From Eledone cirrhosa (taxonomy: Eukaryota), in NCBI GenBank assembly GCA_964016885.1, contig OZ024740.1, positions 329,654,001-329,718,000 of the forward strand: 64,000 nucleotides of DNA, read 5' to 3'. Both the position numbers and the translations under genes were made by a program. Numbering within the stretch: position 1 is the first letter of the stretch; each line of letters starts with the position of its first letter. A model generated the notes under the pieces. It did not search any database and was not told the origin of the DNA. It saw only the letters and a list, made by a program, of their open reading frames with translations. Of this stretch, positions 1 through 13,900 are shown piece after piece.

Positions 1-65
1 TGGCAGCGATAATGAGGGACAGAGACCGTTGCAAAGAACTCGTCCATGGATCTCAGGAATTTTAA
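1..65 (+). mobile_element. 3' end of an RTE-type LINE ORF (fragment)
   Basis: Frame 3 reads AAIMRDRDRCKELVHGSQEF*, resembling the M-x-D-R-x-x-W-r C-terminus of RTE ORFs; truncated by the window edge. Confidence 0.4.
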
Positions 66-348
66 CCGCCCTAGAATATTAAATATTTCATTTCTTTAGA
101 AAGATTTCGAAAAGATTTCAAAGTACGAGATAAGTTAATCACATACAACAGTAAAACTATTTCTATTGCTATCCGGTCTGAATAAAAGGAAACTGGAGTA
201 AGAGGAGAGGGACAAAATATAGATTTTGGCGGGACAAAGGGAGTGGGGGATAAATAAAAATAATTAAATAATTAAAAAATTTTCTATGAAAATATTAATT
301 AGATAGTATAAAGACAAAAGAAAACGTAAGAGGTGAACATTTACTTTC

Positions 349-381
349 ACACACACACACAGACACACACACACACACACA

Positions 382-452
<71 letters not shown>
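349..452. repeat. (CA)n(TA)n compound microsatellite, representative of dozens of TA/CA/GA tracts across the window
   Basis: Direct reading. Other large TA tracts include 1865-1962, 6138-6349, 20025-20102, 28740-28887 (TA+GA), 57565-57712 and 62413-62530. Confidence 0.98.
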
Positions 453-453
<1 letters not shown>

Positions 454-559
454 AGTATTGAAGTTTCCATGGAAAATTGAAAAAGTCATAGAAGTGAAGA
501 ATGCTCTATTTAAGTACCAGAGCTAAATTTAATGTATAATAACAAATACAATATAATTA

Positions 560-627
560 CCTCATTACCACAGGTTTCCCGAATAAGACGAATACAAGAA
601 ACGTCCTCATTCGTTCGTCGGACAAGG
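560..627 (-). ncRNA. Type I hammerhead ribozyme motif with U4C core
   Basis: Minus strand: ccttgt-CCGACGA-a cgaatgaggacg..cgtcttattcg g-GAAA-cc tgt gg-TA-atgagg. Stems I (6 bp with GU), II (~11 bp) and III (3 bp) all pair; cleavage triplet GUA. Confidence 0.6.
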
Positions 628-1226
628 CAATTTAAAACAGTGCAATATTTAAAAAATCTCCTCAAGAAGGGCAGAAGTTTAACGGGCAAAAAAATATATA
701 AATAAAAGTAATGCAAGAGATATATAAAAATAAAATACGGAAAATATAGTTAGGGTATATGTATAAATGTGTGTATATTCACTCACAAATGTACATATGT
801 GTGTATGTACAAATGCATGTGTATAGTGAACAAATGTGTGCGTAAGTACATATATGAGGGCAAACATATCAGTGATATGTGACCACAAATACGTATATAA
901 TATATGTTGAAAAAGAAATTGTAAGATAATAGAGTTAACGTACATCCAGACTCAGGTACTAAGGATTGAAATATATACACATACAAGTATGAAAGCACGC
1001 GTATAAAGACACACACGTGCAACCACATATATGCGAGTGATATATACAGGGAAGGGAGTGCATCAGTCAAAGCAGTGTAAGGCTGAAGGTCGATACATAT
1101 ATAAAAATGAAAAAAAGAAAAAATATATGAGAATTAAAAATTAAATCAAAGAGAAAGTAAGAGGGAGGCGTTATCAATTATAAAGTAACACTAGAAAAAA
1201 TAGAAAACAAACATAGTTTCGTACAT

Positions 1227-1267
<41 letters not shown>

Positions 1268-1882
1268 CGTACAGACAAAAGCACATACATGCGTACATAC
1301 AAAAGCACGCATACATACACACAAAGCACATACATCGTCAAAACAATAATGATAAACCATGTATCTCAGCTAAATATAATGTTTTGTAATTAATGCAAAT
1401 ATCTTCGCATCAATTCCTACAAGGCCCGGCTTTTCGCCATGTTTTTAAAATATTATTGTATATATGAATGCACACACATTTAAGGTATGATTTCGACAGC
1501 TGCCACGATCTGTTTCTTCTTTACAATTCTAATGTATATATCTGTCGAGAGATTTTCTACATATTTTAACTTGTTCATAATCTACTGAAAATCATTGGTT
1601 TACTTTTTTCTCTACTTTTAAAATAAATAAATAAAGTCAACAAATATATATAAATACAAATGAGATCAGAGTACTTCATTATAGTCAAACGTCTTGTTTA
1701 AGTGATTATATGTTACCACACTGCTTGAATGTTATCATTGGATTAACACTCAGATACACGTACGCAATAGACAAAAAGATTGGCAACAAGGTGTTTACCT
1801 CATTAACGTAGATTTGGTAACACAAATCTTACGATAGTTTCAAGTGTTGCGCGCATTCACTTGCATATATATATATGTATAT

Positions 1883-1973
<91 letters not shown>

Positions 1974-2080
1974 TATGGTGCACCCGGCCGATTAACCCAC
2001 TCAATATGCAAACTGGGCTACTCAGCCGTTAATATGCATAAAGTAAGTATATACATTCAACAATCTGGCAGGAAGGTATA

Positions 2081-2121
2081 CGTTTCTGACGATAGCTAAT
2101 ACGCTTGAAACTAGTACAGCG
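2081..2121 (+). ncRNA. Minimal type I HHR (family A, copy 1)
   Basis: cgttt-CTGACGA-tagctaatacgctt-GAAA-ctag-TA-cagcg; one stem I mismatch next to the core. Confidence 0.7.
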
Positions 2122-2506
2122 TTCCTTTGTCAGTGTTGAACAAACGAGCAACGATGGTTACTAGACACTACGGCTTAATACGGGATGTTTGTTTTCAAAC
2201 ACACCGAGCATTATAATAAATATTCGGTGAATCCATACGTACATATATATATATATGTGTGCATGTATGTATATATATATATACATACTACTGTACGTCT
2301 GTATACATATATGTATGTACGTGTACATACTTATATTTAAGTAACAGCCGTTCTAAGAGTGAGAAATAAAATTTCGTTTTATTTTTTCCGTTTATCGTTT
2401 TCGGTGCACCCGGCCGATTAACCCACTCGATATGCAAATTGGGCTACTCAGACGTTAATATGCATAAGGTAAGTATATACGTTCAACAATCTGGCAGGAA
2501 GGTATA

Positions 2507-2547
2507 CGTTGCTGACGATAGCTAATGAGCTTGAAACTAGTACAGCG
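2507..2547 (+). ncRNA. Minimal type I HHR (family A, copy 2)
   Basis: cgttg-CTGACGA-tagct aatg agctt-GAAA-ctag-TA-cagcg; stem I 5 bp, palindromic stem III region ACTAGT, GUA site. Confidence 0.8.
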
Positions 2548-2811
2548 TTCCTTTGTTAGTGTTGAACAAACGAGCAACGATGGTTGCTAGACACTACGGC
2601 TTAATACGGGATGTTTGTTTACAAACACACCGAGCATTATAATAAATGTTCGGTGAATCCATACGTACATATATATATATGTGCATGTATGTATATATAT
2701 ATATACATACTACTGTACGTCTGTATACATATTTGTATGTACGTGTACATACTTATATTTAAGTAACAGCCGTACTAAGAGTGGGAAATGAGATTTCGTT
2801 TCATTTTATCC

Positions 2812-2876
<65 letters not shown>

Positions 2877-5800
2877 TATATGTTAATAATTAATTTTATT
2901 TTGCACTTTTTTATTAATGCCTTTCAAGTTTATTTCATGAGTTTGAATGTAGTTGTCGAATTTACATATGTTATGTGACTATAAATTATGAATCATTAAA
3001 CACACATTTTATTTCGGAGTAGAGTAGAGGTATATAAACATAGACAAACATTGAGCAGCATTAGAAAGGTCTATAAATGAAATAAATGAGAGGTAAAACA
3101 TGGGGAGATCAAAGACTATTAGAGAAAGAAAGAAGAAAGGTGGAAGGGAAAAGTAGGATATACTATATACTTAGGTCAGACCGGTGTTTCGGCTGCGCTC
3201 CTCGGATAAAATAGCAAAGGCACGGACAATGGAGAGCGACACACGCTGCATCAACCCTGAAACATTGCAGGGCTCTTTCCTCTCGATATGACTTTACGGA
3301 GACCAGATTATATTTTAGCCTTTATTTAAAACATGTAACAAAATATATATTTCTGAAATATGTTTTTTTTTTCCTTTTATTCAAGTCTATTGTGCATCCT
3401 TAATAAAAACTGCCTTAATATATTATACATTTCTAATGGTTTGTGTATATATTTGACTCATCAATATTTCAATCAATGAAAATCCGGTTAACTTATATCA
3501 TTTTACAGTCGGGTACCTAATGCGAATTTGTGGTGTCGCAAACCTTTATTTGAAATGTTTGAATGTATTCGTTTGTAATCAAGTTGCACTCATTTAAGTT
3601 GTGAGTTTGAGTGCAACTCACATTCAGTGAATCTTTATTATGCAAATGTACAAAAGATGTGATATACTATTTAAGAATTATAATTAATTTTAAATAATAA
3701 ATTGAATAAAATGCGGTAAACCCTGGTTAAATTGTCTGTTGTTCTGCATTTATATTAGAAAAAGGATAATGCATATTTAGTTTAATGTCTTCAAGTTAAA
3801 GCTCATGAGTAACTTATGATCAATTAATAAAGATGAATTTCAATTCCCGCTGATATTTAAACTCATAATAATACCTTAGAAAATAAACTCATCGCACAAA
3901 TATATATATCATTCAATTCAGTGATCATATTATTGTTCTTCTTTTACGTTCTTTGTAACGATACATTGCTTCAATATCTTTATAACTTAAAATTGCTTAT
4001 ATTATTGATGATGTATAGAGCCTATAATGCAGGTTAAATTTACACAATTGTATATTTTGATGAAAATACCAAATAGATTGCCTACTATAAAGCCACACGT
4101 TCCAACAATGTATAATACTCACATCCTGCTTTCTTTAAGATACGTATTTGTTGTTTTACTTTGAAATATGAATATTCCCACAATACGAGATCAAAAACCG
4201 GATTAACTGTAAAATTGTTAAAATAGAATAAAAATGTAAAATTTATGAATATTATTAATTAAGGAAGGTAAAATGTAAATCAAAAGACAGTAACGTACAA
4301 CTATTTATATAACCCAAGCAAATATTGATATCATAATTATATTCATAGAATCTACACATTTTGCATCATGATAAAAAAATATGGGAAAATCTATAAAAAT
4401 TAAAGAGTAAAACAACAACTTTACAATTTGGAAATCTCTACTCAAGTGCAAAATTCGACACAGATTCCTCTCCCGTGAGTAATACAATACGGAAAAACGT
4501 AATTGCGGAATTTGTGAAAATATGGTTGACTTCTCAGAATTTAGTTTGAAGGATGAACAAAACTTTAAGCTTAATAACCATTTTAAACATTCATCTGTTA
4601 ATCTTTTCTACGTTTTAACATGACGAATGTGTGAGGGAAATTATATCAACGTAATTAATTGTACACACGCGGATGACTGTCCGTAGATTACAATTCCGTG
4701 ATATAATTACCAAATGTATTTCTCTGATTGACAATACAAGAAGATGAGCATGAAGAAATTCTCCCAACTATCAATTTGCATATGACTTTAACGAACAAGA
4801 AAGAATAAACAAGAAGGTATTGCTAATTAACAAATACATAACGGTTAAGTATGATAAATATTCTCCAAGATATTCAGTTAAACACATTTCACTGACTAAT
4901 TACCATCAGATGACTACTGCTAAAACATTTATAATATTAAAATGTACTGCTAAGCGCTAGCATTAAGTAACAGCATGTTCACATAGATTCAAACTTTACT
5001 ACCATAACCGCGAAGAAAAAGGAAGAAGATTTTGTATGATACATATGAGTAACTTAGAAAGAGACAAAATATTTGGCTGAGCATTCTCATCAATATGTTT
5101 CATTAGATTTTTTTTTTTTAATTCCTTCACAACACAAATAGTTATAGATCATGAAGAGGGAAACAAGGGGTCAAAGACAGAGATTTGCGTGTATGGCTTA
5201 GAATATACGTTGATCCCGTGTCGGCATATTCGCTTGTATCTGTAGAGAAATTTGGCTTAGTATGCTCTTTCTTTCACATTTTGTTTGATTATTTGAGGTT
5301 AGTCAGGAGGTCAAGCATATCTCTGTTAATTCTCCCCGTCTTCCTTTCTTTAGTGTGACATATCAATACACGAAAATGTTTGCAATGAGATTTTGCAGTT
5401 AAGATGATCATAATGGTTGACTGTTGCTGGTCAGCGTGTTGTTACTAAAAAGAAAGCTACTTAATGGTTAACACTGGCAAGTCGGTCTTAAAGAATTTTG
5501 ATGTATTTTGCTTTAGATTATTTTGTGTATTTTGAATGCATATATGCTCATGTATTTCGTTTCAGTATTGGAATGTTCTGGTGGACAAAGCTGCATATTT
5601 TTATATGTAATGTGGTCTGTGTTGACATATAGAATATATTTTGGGACGTATCTGCTGTAAATGTTGTTCTTAGTAGTTCTTGAATATATATAGTGCCTTG
5701 ACTCGTTATATCCAGTTATTGATTATCATAGTACGACATAGACGTTCACTTACTATTCGTTTAAAATCTTGCAATATTTGTTCCGATTTTAATAATTCAA

Positions 5801-6130
5801 AACTATCGTACAATTACTTCTAGCTACGTTAACAAATATATTTTATTTTTGTATCTTAAGGAGGGCTTCAAGAAAAAAGTAGATATCGTCTCGAAACTGT
5901 TACATTATGTTAATTGAGAATCTCAATACTTGTGAATGTATTGAGGATGAAACTGTTAGGGAATGGAAGTGGAATCTGATTGTATCCCAGTTTGAAGATA
6001 ATATTATCTTTAGGCTTTTGATTACGGTTCTGACAGAGTCTGTGGATATACAGTTGTCTAGGAAACATATTAATGCACACACACGCATACACACACACTC
6101 ACACACACACACACACAAACACATATATAA

Positions 6131-6949
<819 letters not shown>

Positions 6950-7876
6950 AAAAATAAATTGAAATTGCAACTGGAGTCTTTAAGAATATATATTTATTTT
7001 TTACTTTAACGGTTTCACAACTCTTATGCTTTTCATAAATGAAATTGAGATGGAAGGTTTGTGTTTCTGTGTTTCTGTTGTTGTTTGCGAGACAAAGCAC
7101 AACAAAACCACGTTTATGGTATAAATGAAGTCGTAGACTAAAATTCTATTTAGGAAACCGAATGATGCTCGGCTTAGGTCACTTTAACCAGCCTTTTATT
7201 ATTCAAAAATCTTCTTGCCCATAAACATTAACCCTTTGTGCGCCATTCTTCTAACTGTAGACCAATACATACCAAGTAAACGGAACGTTGACAAGAACGA
7301 TGGCGAATGAATCTTCGAGGTAAGCAGTTTCCTCCCGAGGTGTTAGATCACACGAGATTCTCTGCTACACCTTGTCGTAATAATACCGAACAACGTACTG
7401 CTGGTCACTCCTCCTCCAAAAGCCGTACAACGCGGACAAGTGCATCGGTTAGATGGATCGTGTGCAAATCTACACCAGGCTTACGCGAGAAATTTTCAAG
7501 GGACTACACCGAGAGGGATAGAGAGAAAAAATAACTTAGTGGAAAGCGTGCGAATGAACTTTTGAGGTAAGTAGCCTACGCCTTACTGTTATGACACTGG
7601 AACCTTCTGCCAACTTAACCTGTGACTTTCTCTTTCACATTTACTTCAAAAGGGCAAAACAGAGGAGTAGGAAAAGAAGGGGCTCAACAATATTTCTATG
7701 GACAATGCACGGAGACAGCTAAACTGTACTTTCAACTTCTTAATTTTATTCAAATAAAACAAGTTTCCTGTCGGTATATTTTCGTGAGTTTTTACCAGGC
7801 ACTCACAAATAAACGTTTCTCATTGGAGGTGTATTACCAATGTTTTTACCCGTGCAGCGCCGGGATACACTGCTAG

Positions 7877-7973
<97 letters not shown>

Positions 7974-7984
7974 GAAAAGGTATG

Positions 7985-8082
7985 AACCCGACGGCAGAGC
8001 TCAAGCCGTTTCGACGGCTATTTCTGGACTAAATTAGAATGTTTAGCCTGGTGAATAAATAGCCGAACTTGTCAAGGGGGTA
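7985..8082 (-). ncRNA. Type I HHR with U3-A8 core (UUGACAA) in the inverted pLTR
   Basis: Minus: accccc-TTGACAA-g ttcggctattt..aaatagccg tc-GAAA-cggc ttgagctct gccg-TC-gggtt. Stems I, II and III pair; GUC site. Confidence 0.72.
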
Positions 8083-8359
8083 CTTCCTTATATGGGAAGA
8101 TTGTAGTTGTCAAGAGGATTGGTTAAAATGTGTTGTAAACACAAATAAGTCTATCATGGTATTAGGTGAGAGGCAGGGGTGGCTGAACCTGCCTGTAGAA
8201 CAATAGGGGAGTGAGTGGAGAGGTCAGGCGTTGAAAGTGATATGTATACAGCAGATTCTAAGGATAGTGTATGAAGTGGAGGAGCGAGGTTTTAGAATAG
8301 GTAAATCGAATGAGAGTAGGAGACAATAAAAGATACTAGAAATAAATAAATAAATCGAG

Positions 8360-9440
8360 ATGGACAACAATTTATCTCCAGCCTCGGGGTCGCCGACCGC
8401 ACTGAACCCCTAGACCTACGGACTCTCTACTTCAAACTGAAGTACCACAAATCCGACTTCGACCGCAAACCATCCATTAGGCTTATAAAATCAACGAAGT
8501 CGGACATAGAGAGAATCAGTAAAAATATCCTAGACCAAGTTATACTAAAGGTTAAACAAAACATGAGTCTTACCCTATGTGTCAGGAAGTAATCTCATGT
8601 TTCAGGAATATGGAGGACAAACGAGACACAACATTCATCCAGTTTGACATAGAGAGTTACTATGCATCTATTACCTTACCGCTCCTTACGGCCGCCCTGG
8701 ACTTTGCCGAAACACTCACACCCATCACTGAAAGGGAAGAAATATCATTCTCCACGCCAGGAAGAAAGTCCTACTTTGGACAACTCCAAGGGGTTAAAAA
8801 GAGCTCCCGACTCCCCCTTCGACGTCAGTATGGGCGCGACGGATTTGGCCGAGGTCACAGATCTTAAAGGATTATTCCTACTATTTAAACCCACCGAAAT
8901 ATTTCCTGCATTCGGCGGTGGATTGTAACAGGATGCTGGGCTCCTCGCCATCAAAGGGTACAACCCCAGTAGTACAGACCGGGTCCGTAAACAACTAATC
9001 AACTTCTTCCTGGACTGGGGTTTTAAAATCACCCTACAAACGTCCCTAACCCGAGTCAATTTCCTGGACGTTACCCTTAACCTCGAAAATGATCTGTACT
9101 TCCCATACAGGAAACCAAACGACAACCTGCACTACAACCACCACCGCTCTAACCATCCTAGAAACATGACCAATAACCTGGTTAAAAAACATCTCCCTCC
9201 GCATATCTCGTTTGTCCGCTAATGGGCAGATATTCGACGAACACGCGCCTCATTACAACTAGGTCCTCAAGCGGAGTGGCTTCCGGGAGGAAATATCCTT
9301 TTATCCGGCTTCCCTGAGCGGAACCAGCAGGCGATATCGCCGCTCAGGCAATAACGTGGTTCAATCCCCCACCCCACCCATAATGCGGAGGTGGCAACAC
9401 CTATCGGGAAAATCTTCTTTAGACTCCTCGAAAAACTCTG
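8360..9440 (+). pseudogene. Penelope-type reverse transcriptase, frameshifted
   Basis: FIQFDIESYYASIT, FDVSMGATDLAEVTDLKGLFLL, VNFLDVTLNL..YFPYRKPND and WFNPP motifs typical of PLE RT/thumb; multiple stops and frameshifts. Confidence 0.88.
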
Positions 9441-10091
9441 AATAAGTTAGGGGAAACCCCAGCTTACATAGGTAGATATATCTCTTTTCTTTTCCTCTTT
9501 GTCTTCTTCTTCCCCCTGTCTCATCCTATCACTTCCTTCCATCCCCTATTTTCTTCCTCGTCTGCTTTTTCCCTTTCGCCTACCCCAATGCAGCCCATCG
9601 GGCCTCTGAAGCATCAGTTCCCCCACCCCTGTAATTTTAAGATAGAATTGGCCTAATACGTTTTACTAACTACTTATAGCAGATGTGTTAAACCCCTTTA
9701 ATTTTGTATCAGTTTCGTAATTTCTACAAGTTCTTTCTATTCTCAACTTATTAACCTGTAATTATAAGATAGCATTGTGATTTTTTTTATTCCTTTCTCA
9801 CCATCTAATGTTATATATTTGTTTTATTTATTTCTAGTATCTTTTATTGTCTCCTACTCTCATTCGATTTACCTATTCTATAACCTCCCTCCTCCACTTC
9901 ATACACTATCCTTAGAATCTGCTGTATACATATCACTTTCAACGCCTGACCGCTCCACTCACTCCCCTATTGTTCTACAGGCAAGTTCAGCCACCCCTAC
10001 CTCACACCAAATGCCATGATAAACTTATTTGTGTTTACAATACATTTTAACCAATTCTCTTGACAACTACAATCTTCCGATATAAGGAAGT

Positions 10092-10188
10092 ACCCACTTG
10101 ACAAGTTCGGCTATTTATTCACCAGGCTAAACATTCTAATTTAGTCCAGAAATAGCCGTTGAGACGGCTTGAGCTCTGCCGTCGGGGT
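10092..10188 (+). ncRNA. Second copy of the U3-A8 HHR, GAAA mutated to GAGA
   Basis: TTGACAA 10098-10104, GAGA 10161-10164, GTC 10181-10183 followed by ggggt. Confidence 0.6.
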
Positions 10189-10279
10189 CATACCTTTTCC
10201 TATTTCCCACTCTACTACCCTAAGTATTAAGTACTCAGGTGCGTTATGGTCCATCTGGTTCTTTACCACAATTCCTTTG

Positions 10280-10327
<48 letters not shown>

Positions 10328-10329
<2 letters not shown>

Positions 10330-10686
10330 TAAGATCAAAAGATGGTTAAAGGAGTTCCATGTATTTTATTATGCGCATTTCAAAAACAAACATCATCATG
10401 CAATAATATTTGTGTTTTCATCAGATAAAACAGGAGAACATGATATGAAGGCTAAAAAACACTTGTGGATAGTGCAGTTTTAAGTCAACAGTCCTGTTTT
10501 ATCTGATGAAAACACAAATATTATTGCATGATGATGTTTGTTTTTGAAATGCGCATAATAAAATACATGGAACTCCTTTAACCATCTTTTGATCTTATAT
10601 TATGTATACTCCAGTCCTACAAACTGTAGAGTGCTTCTTATCCGATATCTGCATTGCTTTATTGTACTACAATAAAACTCACCTCC

Positions 10687-10690
<4 letters not shown>
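10328..10690 (+). mobile_element. Non-coding foldback element (family C): 108-bp inverted arms, each with an HHR, plus a 91-nt tail, in (TA)n
   Basis: 10328-10435 is the reverse complement of 10492-10599 with no mismatch seen; second copy at 17255-17564. Confidence 0.88.
10497..10563 (+). ncRNA. Minimal type I HHR (family C); antisense twin at 10364-10430
   Basis: ttttat-CTGATGA-aaacacaaatatta..tgatgtttgttttt-GAAA-tgcgca-TA-ataaaa; palindromic ATGCGCAT stem III region. Confidence 0.8.
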
Positions 10691-10772
<82 letters not shown>

Positions 10773-10849
10773 TCATTCTCTTGTGACTTAACAAAATCAA
10801 TCGTTTTATAAATATTTACCTGAACACGTTCATCTTTTCGAAAGCACAA

Positions 10850-12050
10850 AATTCACGGAGAATTATGTTAATTGTAAAAGTTGTTTTGTCACTCTTTCTG
10901 TCACCTTCTCAATGACAAATTTTGCTTTTCTGTGTTTCCAAATTGTTTTGGACTTGTACCTATTCCAATCTGTCCTTATGATGTATGTATCTGGTGTGCA
11001 CATTTGCTTAACTGTGCTTATGTATGGAGGGATTGTGCTGTCTGTAGATCCTTTCAGATGTGATATTTTGTTTCCTTATATTGTCTTCAGTAGCTAGGTT
11101 ATGTCTTTGGTATTCCATTCATGCTTTCTAATAGCAAGGTTATGTCTACGGTATTCCATCCATGCCTTTTACTTAGTTTAGACATACATCCAGTTATAGT
11201 CGGCACTATAGTTGGCCTTAATCTACCTGAGTAATGCGTATAAATAACATTTATTTTCTTTCTTTCTAGTGTGTCCCCTTGTTCTATTTTGGAATGTAGG
11301 TATGGATTCTTCTAATCTTGAAATTCTTTACTACGCCCCTTTAATCTTTCGTATATATTGTGAACTATCACACCAATGTTCTGATCTTATTTATATATTG
11401 CCCCTCTATGCAATGTATGTTATAAAATGCATATGTAGATTTACAATTTATTTATGGGCTTAACTTGCAAACTAAAACATTTCCATTATCACAGAGGCTT
11501 TCGCAAAAGAGTAAATCTATTCATCAGGGATTTTATCGGACTTCTAGGTTTTTTTCTAAAACCTGAATACATAAGCTAATTCGTCTCTGGGCTTATCATC
11601 GCCAATAACTATATTAGTATTTTTTGCCGTCATCCAATAAGTTGTCCATACCAACATTCTTCTTTCTATCTATTTCTTCCATGAATTGATGCTATACATG
11701 GGGAATGCTCTATTCACATCAATTCCTATGTTTTCCAATTTTGCTCCGGTTCCTTTCTATTCCTGATCGTGTCTCTTTGGATGTATCCAAAACCTGCATG
11801 TGGTGGATGAAATGCTGTATTGTTACTAATTCTTTAGGATCGCACATGCAGATCACGTTTATTATCACACGCATTAAATCATTTATCAAGGTCTTGCATT
11901 TTATATTCCCCAACACTACTGAACTCGGTCGATAAGGTATTTGTTGGCCATGCGTAACGCGAATGATTGATGTGTAGTTTGTTAACGCTAATTCCCTGTC
12001 TGTGTCTATCTAAATCGGGTAGCCTGTGTTTGGTGTTTAGTCTATTGTCA
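10850..12050 (-). mobile_element. Possible highly decayed APE-type LINE fragment
   Basis: Minus strand gives NIVIGDDK (~11590-11615), resembling the APE ivxGDfN motif, in A-rich coding-like sequence with many stops. Weak. Confidence 0.28.
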
Positions 12051-12255
12051 TTTTACTTTAATAAAAAAGAGTTAACATGAGGTGAGACAGAAGACTTAAG
12101 GAACACCGAGATAGAACCCTGTGTCTTCACGTGTTGACTCACGCACGTGCATGCTATCAATACAGCAGTAAAAACATGACCATAAAATACATTAAATAAG
12201 TATAAGTGAACATTATGGAGAGCATCCAGCAAACAGTCGAATCCATTCATCCCGT

Positions 12256-12290
<35 letters not shown>

Positions 12291-12341
12291 ATTAAGTCAA
12301 ATATGTAAAATTTGGCTACGTTTATTATAGATTATAGATAT

Positions 12342-12400
12342 ACTGCCATATATATATATTCCGGTGACAGCCATCATTGGCTGTGACCTCTTCAGGCAAT
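12342..12400 (-). ncRNA. Minimal type I HHR in the inverted pLTR (decayed copy)
   Basis: Minus: attgc-CTGAAGA-ggtcacagcca atga tggctgtcacc-GGAA-(ta)5-TG-gcagt. Confidence 0.6.
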
Positions 12401-12682
12401 CCGAATTGGTGTGGGTTAGACAGGTACACATGTTGTTGAAGTGTGTTTTACTCCGTCAATACATCGATATGTCTAGCTCCTGGTTGTTTTGTTATTCCAC
12501 TGAGGAAATGGAATCATATGAATTAGAACAAACAAATTTCGGCGTCATAGGACACGCTCTCATCCCATTGGTCAGTTGTGGGAACATTCCTGAGTCAAAA
12601 GTCTATAGAATTTTTTCTGAGGCAAGACAATCTGTTGTAGTTGTCCAGATGTTTAAGTATAGCTGTAGAGAAACCCCACATT

Positions 12683-13089
12683 ATGCCCCCTTAGTAATGA
12701 ATGCCTCAGGAAGACCGTAATATACGTATGGAGAGTGAAAACCACAAACTCCGAGTGAGCACCTTTACCTTGGAGCCACATCAACGAGCTTCAAAGACAG
12801 ATGGTATAACCATCGCCATTCCTTTAATAGGGAGGACAAAAGGAAAAGTAGTGCTCTTTCCGAACTGATCTGGCAGTTCAAGCTGGACAGGACCCCGTAC
12901 TCTGTGGCCTGGTCCCAAATCAGGAAAGTACCACCTGATAGAGGGGGATCTGGCATCAGCAAACTATGTCTGAGCGAGACCCTCGAGATACTCAGCGGTG
13001 GACGTAGCCTAATAAACTGCAGGGCCGACTTTTTCGGTACATGTAGACACCTCAGGGCCGGGACCTTCCTCAAGCTATATGGACAATAA
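12683..13089 (+). pseudogene. PLE GIY-YIG endonuclease remnant
   Basis: CPLSNECLRKTVIY..(frameshift)YLGATSTSFKDRWYNHRHSF..SALSELIWQFK..KLCLSETLEIL..LINCRADFFGTCRH. Confidence 0.88.
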
Positions 13090-13337
13090 CAACATATTGG
13101 GATGGGAATTTTCCTCAAGCTATATGGACAGTAGCCACGCCACACTGAGCCCAAGGTAAACCACCACCTACACACTCAACACCCCTACTCCCGCCTCTAT
13201 CAACTCCTATAGCAACACATACTTATACATATATCCATACATAGATACTTACATATAATGTATATATATATGTATGTATATATATGTAATATATGTAATA
13301 TATATATGTATATACATGTATATATATATACACACAG

Positions 13338-13395
<58 letters not shown>

Positions 13396-13429
13396 GTTAC
13401 ATATATATATACATATATATACATATACG

Positions 13430-13900
13430 TGTTTTGCAACAGGTCAATTTGTGGCTCAATGAAAAATTAATAAATTAAATAATCAGAGCTATATATCATA
13501 AAACATGTCTATAGAATCACAAGATAAAATATATACCATTTCCTCTCCAAATTAGCATAATTAATTCTATAAAATATCGAATAGACCAGGCTATGAGAAT
13601 GAGGCTTCTATGAAGAAATCTCCGACAAATAACCGAAACTAGCGCTTCGCGTTGGCCGCAACGGTATATTTATCGAATTCTGTCTAGTTGACTGCATCTG
13701 GGCGATTACGCTGTCGAAATATTCGATAAATATTCCGTTGCGGCTGACGCGAAGGGCTAGTTTCGGTTATTTGTCGGATATTTCTTCATATAAGCCTCAT
13801 TCTTATAGCCTGGTCTATTCGATTTTTTATATAGTTAATTATGATAATTGGGAGAGGAAATGGTATATATTTTATCTTGTGATTCTATAGACATGTTTTA

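Larger units (their letters stand above)
1977..2815 (+). mobile_element. Head-to-tail dimer of a 426-bp HHR-containing non-coding unit (family A), between (TA)n tracts
   Basis: ggtgcacccggccgattaacccactc starts at 1977 and again at 2403; the two units are highly similar and each contains an HHR. Further copies at 18516-19470. Confidence 0.85.
7974..10281 (+). mobile_element. Penelope-like element with inverted 5' pseudo-LTR, RT remnant, no GIY-YIG domain, 3' pLTR and ~80-nt tail, inserted in (TA)n
   Basis: 7974-8354 is the reverse complement of ~9823-10199; PLE RT motifs lie between; both ends abut (TA)n. Confidence 0.88.

Noticed and set aside
2432-2439. Octamer motif ATGCAAAT in family A units
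   Set aside because: A single 8-mer inside a repeat, mutated in one copy, with no supporting promoter context.
1977-2815. CRISPR-like or prokaryotic system
   Set aside because: No short repeats with unique spacers and no cas or operon-like genes; the whole window is eukaryotic repeat DNA.
3175-3215. HHR-like CCGAGGA..GAAA caccgg TC on the minus strand
   Set aside because: Stems I and II do not pair. The same applies to weak candidates at 1780-1850, 5855-5905, 18355-18395 and 61375-61420. None was counted.
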